From contig JAHZFL010000003.1 of assembly GCA_019421345.1 (NCBI GenBank), forward strand, positions 209,799 through 273,798: DNA of 64,000 nt. Reading direction: 5' to 3'. Both the position numbers and the translations under genes were made by a program. The notes below the pieces were generated by a model. It was not told where the DNA came from and searched no databases. It saw only the letters and a list, made by a program, of their open reading frames with translations. This stretch comes from Roseburia sp. (lineage in GTDB: Bacteria > Bacillota > Clostridia > Lachnospirales > Lachnospiraceae). Numbering within the stretch: the stretch's first letter is position 1; each line of letters opens with the position of its first letter. Below are positions 1 to 9,679 of this stretch, one piece after another.

Positions 1-63
1 GACTTATAGACCTCACTGTGCGGCATACTTCGTAATAATAGCACATCTTAGGGAGTGCGTCAA

Positions 64-1356
64 CTACTTTTTTATATATGATTGGGAGTCCTGGAAAACG
101 TCAAACATCTCCTGCAATGATTTTCGCACCTTCTTTCTTGTGACTTCCACAAGTCCAAGCTTTGTAATATCGATCAACTGTGCAGGTGCCGGATCATATT
201 TTAGCGAGGCACGAAAGGTGCGCATGAGTTCTTCTCTCGCATTCTCTGAAGCAAGATTTATAAAATCTACGACAATGATACCGGAAATACTGCGCAGTCG
301 GAGCTGCCTTGCAATCTCAACCGCCGCCTCCTGATTGATTTTCAGGAAATTTTCCTGCACCTCTTTTTTGGCAATATTTTTGCCTGTATTGACGTCGATC
401 ACCGTCAATGCCTCTGTAGGCTGTATGACAAGATATGCGCCTGATTTGAGCCATACACGTTCCCTTAGGGCATTTTTGATCTGCGCTGCAATGCTATAAA
501 GTGCGGATAAGGAAAGTGACTGATCCTGATAATGGACAATCCGGACACCGCTTTCCGTGAGTATCTCGTTGACCGGAACAGACACACTGCCGCCCGTCAT
601 CAGGCGTTCTTCCGAAATTCCATATTTTTTACAAATTTCCTCGAACAACACACGGTCATCCGTGACGATCTCCTCCAGACAGTCTTGGCGCAGATCACGC
701 AAATGCCTCATAGATGCGGATTCCTCCCGGTACAGCAGGCTGTAACACGTTCTGCAGCGCGCCGTTTCCTTCACCTGTTCATAGATTTTTTTCAGTTGTT
801 CAAGTTCCCTGTGTACGTTTTCTTCTGTGGTTTCACCCGCATTTGTGCGTATGATCGCTCCGTATCCGTTTTCCTCCGACAGCCACTGTGCGAGCAGCTC
901 CTTATAATGTCTGCGGACGTCCTTTGTGAGCTTTTGCGATACGCTTATTTTGCGGTTTCCGCTTGTGAGCACCGCATAGGTTCCGGTCAGGCTCAGATTT
1001 GTTGTGACTGTCGGTTCTTTTGTTTTCAGAGCCTCTCGAACCACCTGCACGAGCAGCTCATCTCCCGCTGCCAGCACCTTCTTTTCGCCCGAACACTTTT
1101 TTGTAAAAATCGGATGCTTTACATCCTCCAGCGGCAGATAACAATTTTGCTGCGGAGAAATCTTTAGGAAAGCGGCGTTTAAATTTTTTACGATATTTTC
1201 TACCCTGCCGATGTAAATGTTCCCGACCACCGGCGGATCTTCTTCTCCAAGTTTTTCCGGAAGCACCTCGATCATCCGCTTTTTTTCATCAAAAAGGGCA
1301 GAAATACGGTATTCCTGCCCTCCGATCGTCTCTGTTGTGATGACATAGCGGTTCAT
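64..1356 (-). CDS. rng: Rne/Rng-family ribonuclease (RNase G-like)
   Basis: 430-aa ORF. It has an S1-like N-terminal segment (GNIYIGRVENIVKNLNAAFLKI) and RNase E/G core-like blocks (VIDVNTGK, GIIVVDFI). 4-nt overlap with the upstream gene. Confidence 0.8.
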   Translation of the reverse strand: MNRYVITTETIGGQEYRISALFDEKKRMIEVLPEKLGEEDPPVVGNIYIGRVENIVKNLNAAFLKISPQQNCYLPLEDVKHPIFTKKCSGEKKVLAAGDELLVQVVREALKTKEPTVTTNLSLTGTYAVLTSGNRKISVSQKLTKDVRRHYKELLAQWLSEENGYGAIIRTNAGETTEENVHRELEQLKKIYEQVKETARCRTCYSLLYREESASMRHLRDLRQDCLEEIVTDDRVLFEEICKKYGISEERLMTGGSVSVPVNEILTESGVRIVHYQDQSLSLSALYSIAAQIKNALRERVWLKSGAYLVIQPTEALTVIDVNTGKNIAKKEVQENFLKINQEAAVEIARQLRLRSISGIIVVDFINLASENAREELMRTFRASLKYDPAPAQLIDITKLGLVEVTRKKVRKSLQEMFDVFQDSQSYIKK

Positions 1357-2090
1357 AGCGTCGTCCCCATATCTCCCAGAGAAATATAGCCGTTCCCATC
1401 CGCCGCGTAAACATCTTTTCTGTGAATCTGTATGGCATTTGTGTCATAGGAAAGCCCCATTGCCGCAAACAGATGCTCCAGAACAAGCTCGGGCTTTAGA
1501 TTGTCCGTGCTCCCAGTGGAAACCATCAGATAGAAGGATGGAACGGCGATACCGTCCTCCCTTACCTTTTCACACACCTTAAAATCGTACACGAGCTGCT
1601 TTAAGTCCATGACTTTTTCACTTTTTTTCGTCTGTTTGGTGATGAAAACCTGCGCAGGATTTGTGAAATATTCGGCAATGCCCTCCGAGAACTGTTCCGC
1701 TGTCGCAGGCGGCCTGTAACCTTCTTTAAAGGAAAGCTCATAATCTGCCGCTGCTACGATCGACATTGCCGTCTTTGCATCGTCCGCAAGCTTTGCATAT
1801 CCGGTGATCTCGACACCTTCCACCATCGTCTCATTTAAAATGCGAAGCGCCTCCTCGGTGGACGGCGACTGATGCACCTCAATGTCTAGATACTCCCCGT
1901 CGCTTGTGATGCCAACGCCAAGCGGCGCCGCAAACGACATGATCTGGTGCGGAGAAAATCCCTCAGAATAACACATGTCAATCTCTGAGCGGCGCATTGC
2001 CTTCTGAAAATAGCGCATCATATCGAGATGTCCGATAAACTTCATCACACCGTATTTGCGGAATTTTATTCTAATTTTCATAGCAGACAC
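1353..2090 (-). CDS. Radical-SAM-associated protein, DUF2344/TIGR03936 type
   Basis: 245 aa. The N-terminus KIRIKFRKYGVMKFIGHLDMMRYFQKAMRRS is typical of DUF2344. Translationally coupled to both neighbours. The start may instead be Met4 at 2081. Confidence 0.7.
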   Translation of the reverse strand: MSAMKIRIKFRKYGVMKFIGHLDMMRYFQKAMRRSEIDMCYSEGFSPHQIMSFAAPLGVGITSDGEYLDIEVHQSPSTEEALRILNETMVEGVEITGYAKLADDAKTAMSIVAAADYELSFKEGYRPPATAEQFSEGIAEYFTNPAQVFITKQTKKSEKVMDLKQLVYDFKVCEKVREDGIAVPSFYLMVSTGSTDNLKPELVLEHLFAAMGLSYDTNAIQIHRKDVYAADGNGYISLGDMGTTL

Positions 2091-3933
2091 CTCCTCCGAA
2101 TTTTCTGACGCCGCAGCCCGAACAGCGCATACGGCAGTTTGGGGTCACGCTTTCTTCCATTGCATGCTTCCATTCTCTCTGCAAAAACTCTTTTGTCACG
2201 CCCGTATCAATAAAATCCCACGGAAACAGCTCGTCTAACTGACGTTCCCGCATCGTATAAAAGTCAGGGTCAATGCCGCACGCTGCAAATGCGTCCAGCC
2301 AGCGCTGATAGTCAAAATATTCCGACCACGCATCAAAGATACCGCCGTTTTGATAGACCTCTAAAATAGCTTTCGCCACATGCCTGTCGCCGCGCGCAAG
2401 CACACCCTCTAAAACAGTAACGTCAGCCTCATGCCAGTTGTACTTGATGCTCTTGCGGTTTAACTGCTCCTTTACCGCAGTATTGACTACTTTTGCTCTG
2501 CCGATATAATCCTCCGGCGGATACATCCTTGCCCATTGAAACGGAGTAAACGGTTTTGGCACAAAAAATGAAGTGCTGATCGTAATCTGGCATCTGCCGT
2601 TTCTGTTTTCCTTTGGAACGGTGTCGTAATAGCGGGCAGCCGTCTCGTTCGCAAGCTCTGCGATCGCCTGCATATCCTCTGTCGTTTCTGTCGGAAGCCC
2701 AAGCATAAAGTAAAACTTTACCTTATTCCAGCCGCCCTCAAATGCCTGCGTTGCACCGTTTAAAATATCCTCCTCCGTCAGTCCCTTATTGATAACGTCG
2801 CGCAGGCGCTGCGATCCCGCCTCCGGGGCAAACGTTAAGCTGCTCTTTTTGATGTCCTGTACCTTGCTCATCACATCGAGTGAAAATGCGTCGATACGCA
2901 AGGATGGGAGGGAGATGTTGATATGCTTGCGTCTGCATTCCTCAATCAGGAAATTGATCAGCTCCTCAAGCTGTGAATAGTCGGAGGAGCTTAAGGAACT
3001 TAAGGAAATTTCTTCATGCCCCGTGGACTTTAACATCTCCATAGCGAGCTGTTTTAAACGCTCTACATGCTTTTCACGCACCGGACGATAGACCATGCCT
3101 GCCTGACAGAAACGGCAGCCGCGAATACAGCCGCGCTGAATTTCAAGAACGACACGATCCTGTGTTGCCTTGATAAACGGTACGACAGGTTTCTCCGGGT
3201 AAACAGCCTGTGTCATATCGAGCACAAGCTGCTTTGTGATCGTGCGGGGAATATCATCAAAAAGAGGCTCAAAGGCCGCCAGCGTTCCGTCCTCATGGTA
3301 AGACGGGCGATAGAGGGAGGGCACATAGATTCCCGGAATTTTTGCAGCTTCATGCAAAAATTCCGCCCGCGTTTTTTGTTCTGCCCGCATCTTTAGATAG
3401 AGGTCAAACAGCGCATCATATTGTAATTCGCCCTCTCCCATATAAAACAGATCAAAAAACTCTGCGATCGGTTCGGGATTATAGGTACACGGACCGCCCC
3501 CGATGACAAGCGGACAGTCTTCTCCCCGGTCTGCGGCAAGCAGCGGTATTTGACCAAGATCAAGAATCTGCAGAATGTTGGTGTAGCACATCTCATATTG
3601 CAGCGTGATGCCCAAAAAATCAAGATTTTTGATCGGTTCCTGTGATTCCAGTCCAAACAGCGGAATCTGCTGCTCTTTCATGATCCGGTGCAGATCCGGC
3701 CACGGAGAGTAGACACGCTCACACCACACGTCCTCTCTTTTATTGAACATATCATATAAAATCTGGATGCCCAGATGCGACATTCCAATCTCATAGACGT
3801 CCGGAAAGCACATGGCAAAACGGATATTTACCTTAGACTTGTCCTTTAAGACAGAGTTGACCTCGTTTCCTATATAACGAGCGGGTTTTTCTATTTTTAA
3901 TAGTATTTCATCAGTCAGTGCAAGTTTTCTCAT
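2071..3933 (-). CDS. B12-binding-domain radical SAM protein (TIGR03960 type)
   Basis: 620 aa. CIRGCRFCQAG is a CxxxCxxC radical SAM cluster motif. It shows the conserved pairing with a DUF2344 gene immediately downstream. Confidence 0.75.
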   Translation of the reverse strand: MRKLALTDEILLKIEKPARYIGNEVNSVLKDKSKVNIRFAMCFPDVYEIGMSHLGIQILYDMFNKREDVWCERVYSPWPDLHRIMKEQQIPLFGLESQEPIKNLDFLGITLQYEMCYTNILQILDLGQIPLLAADRGEDCPLVIGGGPCTYNPEPIAEFFDLFYMGEGELQYDALFDLYLKMRAEQKTRAEFLHEAAKIPGIYVPSLYRPSYHEDGTLAAFEPLFDDIPRTITKQLVLDMTQAVYPEKPVVPFIKATQDRVVLEIQRGCIRGCRFCQAGMVYRPVREKHVERLKQLAMEMLKSTGHEEISLSSLSSSDYSQLEELINFLIEECRRKHINISLPSLRIDAFSLDVMSKVQDIKKSSLTFAPEAGSQRLRDVINKGLTEEDILNGATQAFEGGWNKVKFYFMLGLPTETTEDMQAIAELANETAARYYDTVPKENRNGRCQITISTSFFVPKPFTPFQWARMYPPEDYIGRAKVVNTAVKEQLNRKSIKYNWHEADVTVLEGVLARGDRHVAKAILEVYQNGGIFDAWSEYFDYQRWLDAFAACGIDPDFYTMRERQLDELFPWDFIDTGVTKEFLQREWKHAMEESVTPNCRMRCSGCGVRKFGGGVCYEN

Positions 3934-4060
3934 CTTTTTCCTTTCTGGTTTGGTATTGCGCAGAACGCTTCCTGCATCGTTAATCTTTCATATTATAAAC
4001 ATTTGATGGGAGAAGTGCAAGCGGGAACGGACCAAAAAGGTTTTTTCTGACTTCCCGCAG

Positions 4061-5809
4061 TTAACCTTGACGGTACTGATCCAGCAGCTCCTTTAAAGTG
4101 AGTTCCGGGAAAATTTCCCAAATCGCCTCTAGGGCCCTTCTCATTGCCCATACCTCCTCGGAAGCTTCTTCTTCGGAAATCTCAATATTCATACGATAGC
4201 GGACCATATATATGATAGCCACTGTGATTGCTCGCTGCTGATCTTCCGCGTCTGCAGCTTTATATGCTTCGTAAGTGTAGGAAAGATACGGTGTGTATTT
4301 TTCATTATCCACCATTTCAATATCTTTGCTGTCAGATAAATTCTCTGCAACCCCGTTTCCATAGTCCATGGTTTCTTTTAAATTGTCCAGTCCCATCATT
4401 TTCATATTCTCAAAAGTCATTTCAGTGATCGTACGCACGCTTTCCTGTTGCTTTACTACTTCCCTCTCTGCATCCCGTATATCAATTTCCTGTAATTCTC
4501 CTTCTTCTACCCGTCCCCTTAAAATCACCTGATATAAGACTAGTGCTGTTCCAAGATCCAAAAGTTCTTCGTCGTCTGCATTCAGATAGTCTTCATAATC
4601 CCACTGAAGAAGAAATGTATCATAATAATGGTTTATGATAGGATCGCAGGGAATCGGAGTATACTCGGTATCTAGTTCTCCCTCAGATATCAGTGTTTGT
4701 TCAGCGGCTTCCTTTCCGAATAAAACTTTTACCGGCTCACTGGCATAGGCAGTATCGGAGGGTGTTGTTCTTTCTCTTTCCGAAAAAACTTCCAGCATCA
4801 TGTAACGATTATAGAAATGGGGAAGCTGAATTTCGACTGTCCCATGGTCAGAAACACTGGTATCCGCTATTTTCCCATAAGCATATACATCACCTGAGGA
4901 CTTATCACGAATCATTGCATACAAGCCGTTTCCCTCTCCCGTGGTTGCATTGGAATAACGAAAACGGCAGATATTTTTGTTTCGTTCGACATTCTCTATC
5001 GTTACATGCTGTGCTGCGGACGATACGACGATCGTCCACTCTCTGGAAGGATCTGTCTCCTGCTCAAAACGGGAAAGCTCCTGCGTTACTTCCATCGAAA
5101 GCGGAAGGGAAGCGTCTTTCACATAGCAGATACTGTCTTTATCGATCTCGCAGCAAGGACGGAGCATTGCCGGTTCTTCCAGACGCTGTATTTCTTCCGA
5201 ATATAAGCCATCACTGTCATAAATCTCATGTGAACCATCTGCCTCTATCCGAACCGGCTCTCTGCTTTCACATGCCCACCATGCTTCTTTATAGTTTAAT
5301 CCTTCATTCTCATCTCCAAATCCCATATCGTCCCAGTCATCTTCAAACAGCTCAAATGGCAGGAGAAACATTCTGTCATCAAAATCATTGGTTACGCTTG
5401 TCATTCCAATTAACTGTTGTTCTTCCGGTGAAAATGCCATGTCCATAAAATCCGTATTCAGATATTCTCGGATATCGCTGGTTTTCCAACAAAATTCAGC
5501 TTCTGTGTCCTGTGCGAGAAGCGGAACTCTCAGTTCCTGCTCATACTCCTCAGGCACATCATCTAAAAACAATGTCAGCTTATCATAATCGGGGGGTGGG
5601 GAGTTTATCAACAAACGCCATTTCATTCCTCCCAAATAAACATATTCGCCCCTCCATTCGCCGTTTTCCGGTTCCTGTGGCGAATCCAGACGGTAAGCAA
5701 ACGGCTCAATCCGTTTTGAACTAGGCGCGTAATTCACGCGAATGAAGACGAAAAGAAACACAAAACATACTGCCACTGTTCCTATGCCAAGCCACCTTTT
5801 CATAATCAT
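4061..5809 (-). CDS. Membrane-anchored hypothetical protein, DUF6273-like N-domain, acidic C-terminal half
   Basis: 582 aa. N-terminal TM helix (WLGIGTVAVCFVFLFVFI). Segment GGMKWRLL...WKTSDIREYLNTDFMDMAFSPEEQQLI resembles the DUF6273 pattern. The remainder is Asp/Glu rich. Confidence 0.35.
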   Translation of the reverse strand: MIMKRWLGIGTVAVCFVFLFVFIRVNYAPSSKRIEPFAYRLDSPQEPENGEWRGEYVYLGGMKWRLLINSPPPDYDKLTLFLDDVPEEYEQELRVPLLAQDTEAEFCWKTSDIREYLNTDFMDMAFSPEEQQLIGMTSVTNDFDDRMFLLPFELFEDDWDDMGFGDENEGLNYKEAWWACESREPVRIEADGSHEIYDSDGLYSEEIQRLEEPAMLRPCCEIDKDSICYVKDASLPLSMEVTQELSRFEQETDPSREWTIVVSSAAQHVTIENVERNKNICRFRYSNATTGEGNGLYAMIRDKSSGDVYAYGKIADTSVSDHGTVEIQLPHFYNRYMMLEVFSERERTTPSDTAYASEPVKVLFGKEAAEQTLISEGELDTEYTPIPCDPIINHYYDTFLLQWDYEDYLNADDEELLDLGTALVLYQVILRGRVEEGELQEIDIRDAEREVVKQQESVRTITEMTFENMKMMGLDNLKETMDYGNGVAENLSDSKDIEMVDNEKYTPYLSYTYEAYKAADAEDQQRAITVAIIYMVRYRMNIEISEEEASEEVWAMRRALEAIWEIFPELTLKELLDQYRQG

Positions 5810-6060
5810 CTCCTCCTCTTTTTATAAGGACAATTAATTTTATGGTTCTTTCCCCATTATATAACAAGATACCCGAAATTCAAACATCTTCCGAGTAGAA
5901 AATTCTACGCTGCGGGCAGCTTACAGGGATGCCATGTTTGGATGGCAGAGAGTATTTGAAAATTATCTGTATCAGATGAAAGACAGCAACAGCTTGTTGC
6001 TTGTGCAAATCATGCCGTGAGCTTATAATAAAAATGAAATAATTTAAAGGAGGAACGGAT

Positions 6061-6519
6061 ATGGAAACACAGGATATTCTTAAAAACTTGCGTGAGAAGA
6101 AGCATCTGACACAGGAGGAGCTTGCAGAGCGTGTGCAGGTTACAAGACAGGCGGTCAGCCGCTGGGAAACCGGTGAGACGCAGCCAAATACAGATACGTT
6201 AAAGGCGTTATCGCAGGAGTTCGGTGTTTCGATCAATACACTTCTCGGTTCGCCGCGGAAGCTTATTTGCCAATGCTGCGGCATGCCTTTGAGTGAAGAC
6301 GACATGGTCAGCCGCGAACCGGACGGAAGCTATAATGAGGATTACTGCAAATGGTGTTATACGGATGGTGATTTTGTATACCAGTCGAAAGAAGATTTGT
6401 TGGACTATCTGACGGAACATATGCCAAATCCCGATCATTTGGAGAACGGCGTTAGGCGTGTGCAATTTGATGCATATCTTTCACAGCTAAAATACTGGAA
6501 ATCAGCGCCATCCGTTTGA
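6061..6519 (+). CDS. XRE-family HTH regulator fused to C-terminal zinc-ribbon domain
   Basis: 152 aa. HTH (LTQEELAERVQVTRQAVSRWETGETQPN), then CQCCG...CKWC four-Cys ribbon. AGGAGG RBS 6-7 nt upstream of the ATG. Confidence 0.7.
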   Translation: METQDILKNLREKKHLTQEELAERVQVTRQAVSRWETGETQPNTDTLKALSQEFGVSINTLLGSPRKLICQCCGMPLSEDDMVSREPDGSYNEDYCKWCYTDGDFVYQSKEDLLDYLTEHMPNPDHLENGVRRVQFDAYLSQLKYWKSAPSV

Positions 6520-6525
6520 TGGGCG

Positions 6526-6553
6526 GCGCTATTCCTCCCTTATGGAATAGCGC
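6526..6553. terminator. Hairpin between convergent genes (10-bp stem GCGCTATTCC/GGAATAGCGC, 8-nt loop)
   Basis: Perfect inverted repeat read directly. It lies between the XRE gene (+) and the acyltransferase gene (-). There is no clean U-tract. Confidence 0.4.
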
Positions 6554-6615
6554 AAAATTCTTTATGCTTTCTCATCTCCCGTCAATCGCACGGAGTTACA
6601 ATCGTCTTTCCACCC

Positions 6616-7749
6616 TTATCCAGCAGTGGGGGTAATTCTTTTCCCCCACCGCACACACGCCGCCAGTGCCCTCTGCAACGGCTGCACCAACACAAGCTCT
6701 ATGATCATGCCGCCGACAAGCGAAAACAGCAGCGTCAGAACAATCATTACCAGACAGCCCCAAACCACACCGCCGCTCATCACGTTGATATGCAGGAAAT
6801 CCTTAACGATCACATGAAGCGCCGCCCAGTGGATCAGCAGAATCGAAAAGCTGTAACGGCTGATCAGACCTGGCAATCCGCAAAGTGCCTTTTGCCGAAC
6901 CGCAAGGCGTTTTGCGGCGACAAATAAGGCGGCTGTAAACAGCATCATGGTCGGCGCCGTGTTATAGACATATGCGTCATACCAGCCATGCGAAAAGAAG
7001 ATGTAGCAGGTAACGGCAAAGGAAATAGCGCCGCCCGCAAGCATAAGATTTTCCGCCCGTCTTGTGCAGCGGCAGGAAAGATAATAGCCCAATATAAAGA
7101 CGCCGGCATAGGAATCCACGATCGGGGAAACATGGGCGTCCATGCCAAACAGCGGCAGGTAGGTATCAAGCGCACTGACTGCAAATATCACAAAAACAAC
7201 TCCGCTAAGCACACCGTCCGAGATATTTTGGAGCAGATACCTAAGAAACGGCGTCAAAAGATAGAGCCATAAAATTACATAGATCAGCCAGAAATGCGGC
7301 GCCTCGATCGGCGGCCCGCTCAAGATCCGTATCAGAAACGTAAACCAGTAGCCTGGCGCAAGACGCCCCAGCCCCTCCTTTGCACAGACATATAAAATAT
7401 AATAGACAAAAAAAGGGATTGCCACCTTAGAAAACCGCTTTGTCAGAAACGTGCCCGTACGCTCTCCTTCCATCGGCAGGAGAAGCGCACCGCTTATCAT
7501 GAGAAACAAAAGATTGCAGGATAGAAAAATAAAGTGAAAGACCTCTGCAAGCTGAAAAGACAACGTTCCGGGAGCGAGCTGCGTGCGCGCAAGCTCAAGC
7601 GTGTGCACGCAGACGACAAAAACGGTCGCAAGTACGCGCAGATCATCCAGATAAACTTTACGTCCCTCCTGCCCTGCACCTTTCGGCAGCCGTGCCCAAA
7701 GCCCCTGTGTTCCTAGCGGTTTGACAACTCCTGTGTGATTTCTTCCCAT
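6616..7749 (-). CDS. Acyltransferase-3 family integral membrane protein
   Basis: 377 aa and polytopic. [19 protein letters not shown] matches the acyltransferase_3 N-terminal signature. The start is uncertain: Met1 overlaps the hisIE 3' end by 37 nt and there is no nearer in-frame ATG. Confidence 0.6.
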   Translation of the reverse strand: MGRNHTGVVKPLGTQGLWARLPKGAGQEGRKVYLDDLRVLATVFVVCVHTLELARTQLAPGTLSFQLAEVFHFIFLSCNLLFLMISGALLLPMEGERTGTFLTKRFSKVAIPFFVYYILYVCAKEGLGRLAPGYWFTFLIRILSGPPIEAPHFWLIYVILWLYLLTPFLRYLLQNISDGVLSGVVFVIFAVSALDTYLPLFGMDAHVSPIVDSYAGVFILGYYLSCRCTRRAENLMLAGGAISFAVTCYIFFSHGWYDAYVYNTAPTMMLFTAALFVAAKRLAVRQKALCGLPGLISRYSFSILLIHWAALHVIVKDFLHINVMSGGVVWGCLVMIVLTLLFSLVGGMIIELVLVQPLQRALAACVRWGKRITPTAG

Positions 7750-8993
7750 GTTACTCCCTTTTCTGCCATCAGCACCATCATGTGATACAGGAAATCAGAA
7801 ATTTCATATTTGATCTCCTCCGAATCAGGGTTCTTTGCGGCGATGACAATTTCCGTCGCCTCCTCCCCGATTTTCTTTAATATCTTATCAATCCCCTTAT
7901 CAAACAGGTAATTAGTATAGGAGCCCTCCTTCGGATGCGCTCTGCGGTCGAGGATAATGTCATACACATCCTCAAGCACCTTTAACGGATTTTTCTCCAT
8001 ATACTCCTTTTTTACGATCTCATGAAAAAAGCAGGTCGGATTGCCGGTGTGGCAGGCGGCGCCGATCTGCGATACCTTTGCCAGAATCGTATCAAAATCG
8101 CAATCTGCCGTCAGAGACTTTACATACTGCACATGTCCGGACGTCATTCCCTTTGTCCAAAGCGTCTGTCTGCTGCGGCTGTAATAGGTCATGCGTCCGG
8201 TATGGAGCGTTGCATCAAACGCCTCCTCATTCATATATGCAACCATCAATACCTCGTCAGTCCGGTAATCCTGCACAACAACAGGAACCATACCATCCGA
8301 ATTTTTCTTAAGGTCCTTCCAGCCGAGCGCCGGTTCAAAATGATCCATCTTAATCCCATCTGCGGAAAGGCGGGATTTCAGTTCCATGATATTCATCTGC
8401 GGATCATTGATAAAACCTCCTGCAATCCCTCTTGTATTCCGCCGTTTTAAAACCTCGACGATATTCTCGTAATCAAAGGAATCAAAATTTACAAGATAGG
8501 GAAGATCGGTAATATTTTCAATGGCATCCAGCACATCCGTATTTAATACAAGCAGTTCATGAAAATTCTCAGCCAGCTCCTCCTGATGCTTGAAAAGAAA
8601 GTCTACATTGGCGACCGACACTAAGATGCGCTCCTTTCCAAAGCGCCTGCACGCCTCCTGTGCGATTTCCATGCCACTTTGCTTCGCGCCGTTTATAAGC
8701 ACCTGCAGACACCCCGCATAGATGAACTTCTTGATGTCCTCCAAGCGGTTAATGTTTCCTCCGGCACAGACCTTGAGTTCTACATTACGGTTGATCATTT
8801 TAATGACATGAAGATTTTTCTCATGCTCCTCATCCTCGTCAGACAGATCGAAGATCAAAAGCTTATCAATGCCGCTGTCATTGTAAAAGCGGGCAAGCGT
8901 GATCACGTCGTTGACGGGGGTAAAATCATTTCGCCCCCTGACTGCCTGCCCGTTTTTTAAATAAATCGTCGCTACGATATTTTTTTGTTCCAT
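7713..8993 (-). CDS. hisIE: Tri-domain protein: degenerate HisA/HisF-like barrel + HisI cyclohydrolase + HisE pyrophosphatase
   Basis: 426 aa. Residues ~1-215 are HisA/HisF-like ([18 protein letters not shown]..., [27 protein letters not shown]). Residues ~235-330 are HisI ([21 protein letters not shown]...SGHVQYV...DCDFDTIL...[11 protein letters not shown]). The C-terminus is HisE ([32 protein letters not shown]...). Confidence 0.75.
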   Translation of the reverse strand: MEQKNIVATIYLKNGQAVRGRNDFTPVNDVITLARFYNDSGIDKLLIFDLSDEDEEHEKNLHVIKMINRNVELKVCAGGNINRLEDIKKFIYAGCLQVLINGAKQSGMEIAQEACRRFGKERILVSVANVDFLFKHQEELAENFHELLVLNTDVLDAIENITDLPYLVNFDSFDYENIVEVLKRRNTRGIAGGFINDPQMNIMELKSRLSADGIKMDHFEPALGWKDLKKNSDGMVPVVVQDYRTDEVLMVAYMNEEAFDATLHTGRMTYYSRSRQTLWTKGMTSGHVQYVKSLTADCDFDTILAKVSQIGAACHTGNPTCFFHEIVKKEYMEKNPLKVLEDVYDIILDRRAHPKEGSYTNYLFDKGIDKILKKIGEEATEIVIAAKNPDSEEIKYEISDFLYHMMVLMAEKGVTWEEITQELSNR

Positions 8994-9014
8994 CCTTGTC
9001 TTATACCTTTCTCT

Positions 9015-9602
9015 TTAAAGGCTTCCCTTTGTCGACAGCACGCCGTCAATGCGCGTGTCAAGAGAAACCGCTTCCGCTAACGCTCTTGCAAAAGCCTTAA
9101 ACATCGCCTCCGCCATATGGTGGTTGTTTTTGCCTGACAAGACCTTTAGATGAAGATTCATGCCGGCAGTGTAAGAGACCGCATAGAAAAATTCCCGAAT
9201 CAGCTCCGTATCCATCTCTCCGAGTCTTTCGGCGGTAAATGCGTCGTCAAAGGCGAGGTACGGACGCCCCGACAAATCTACGGCGCATAACACCAGCGTC
9301 TCGTCCATCGGCAGGATACAGCTTCCGTAACGGCGGATGCCTTTCTTATCGCCAAGTGCGATGCGTATTGCGTTTCCGAGCACAATTCCGGTATCCTCCA
9401 CCGTATGATGGCAGTCGACCGCAAGGTCTCCCTTTACGGAAAGCTTAAGATTAAAAAAGCCGTGGCGTGCAAAGCCCTCCAGCATATGGTTAAAAAATCC
9501 GATACCGGTTTCCAAGGAACAGTCTCCCGTTCCGTCAAGAAAAAGCTCTGCTGTGATTTCAGTTTCCTTTGTTTTTCGCTCATATACTGCAATCCTGTCC
9601 AT
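9015..9602 (-). CDS. hisB: Imidazoleglycerol-phosphate dehydratase
   Basis: 195 aa. Motifs RKTKETEI, GIGFFNHML, HHTVEDTGIVLG and NHHMAEAMFKAFARAL. Confidence 0.9.
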   Translation of the reverse strand: MDRIAVYERKTKETEITAELFLDGTGDCSLETGIGFFNHMLEGFARHGFFNLKLSVKGDLAVDCHHTVEDTGIVLGNAIRIALGDKKGIRRYGSCILPMDETLVLCAVDLSGRPYLAFDDAFTAERLGEMDTELIREFFYAVSYTAGMNLHLKVLSGKNNHHMAEAMFKAFARALAEAVSLDTRIDGVLSTKGSL

Positions 9603-9679
9603 CCTTGTATCCGTGCCTTTCTGCTTTGCGATCAGCGTGTTTTTATTATAGTACGAATCTGTTCAAATGAAAATAGCAA

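Noticed and set aside
4693-5448. 251-aa plus-strand ORF
   Set aside because: It lies entirely inside, and antisense to, the 582-aa minus-strand gene. It is rich in Arg/His/Leu/Ser, typical of shadow frames.
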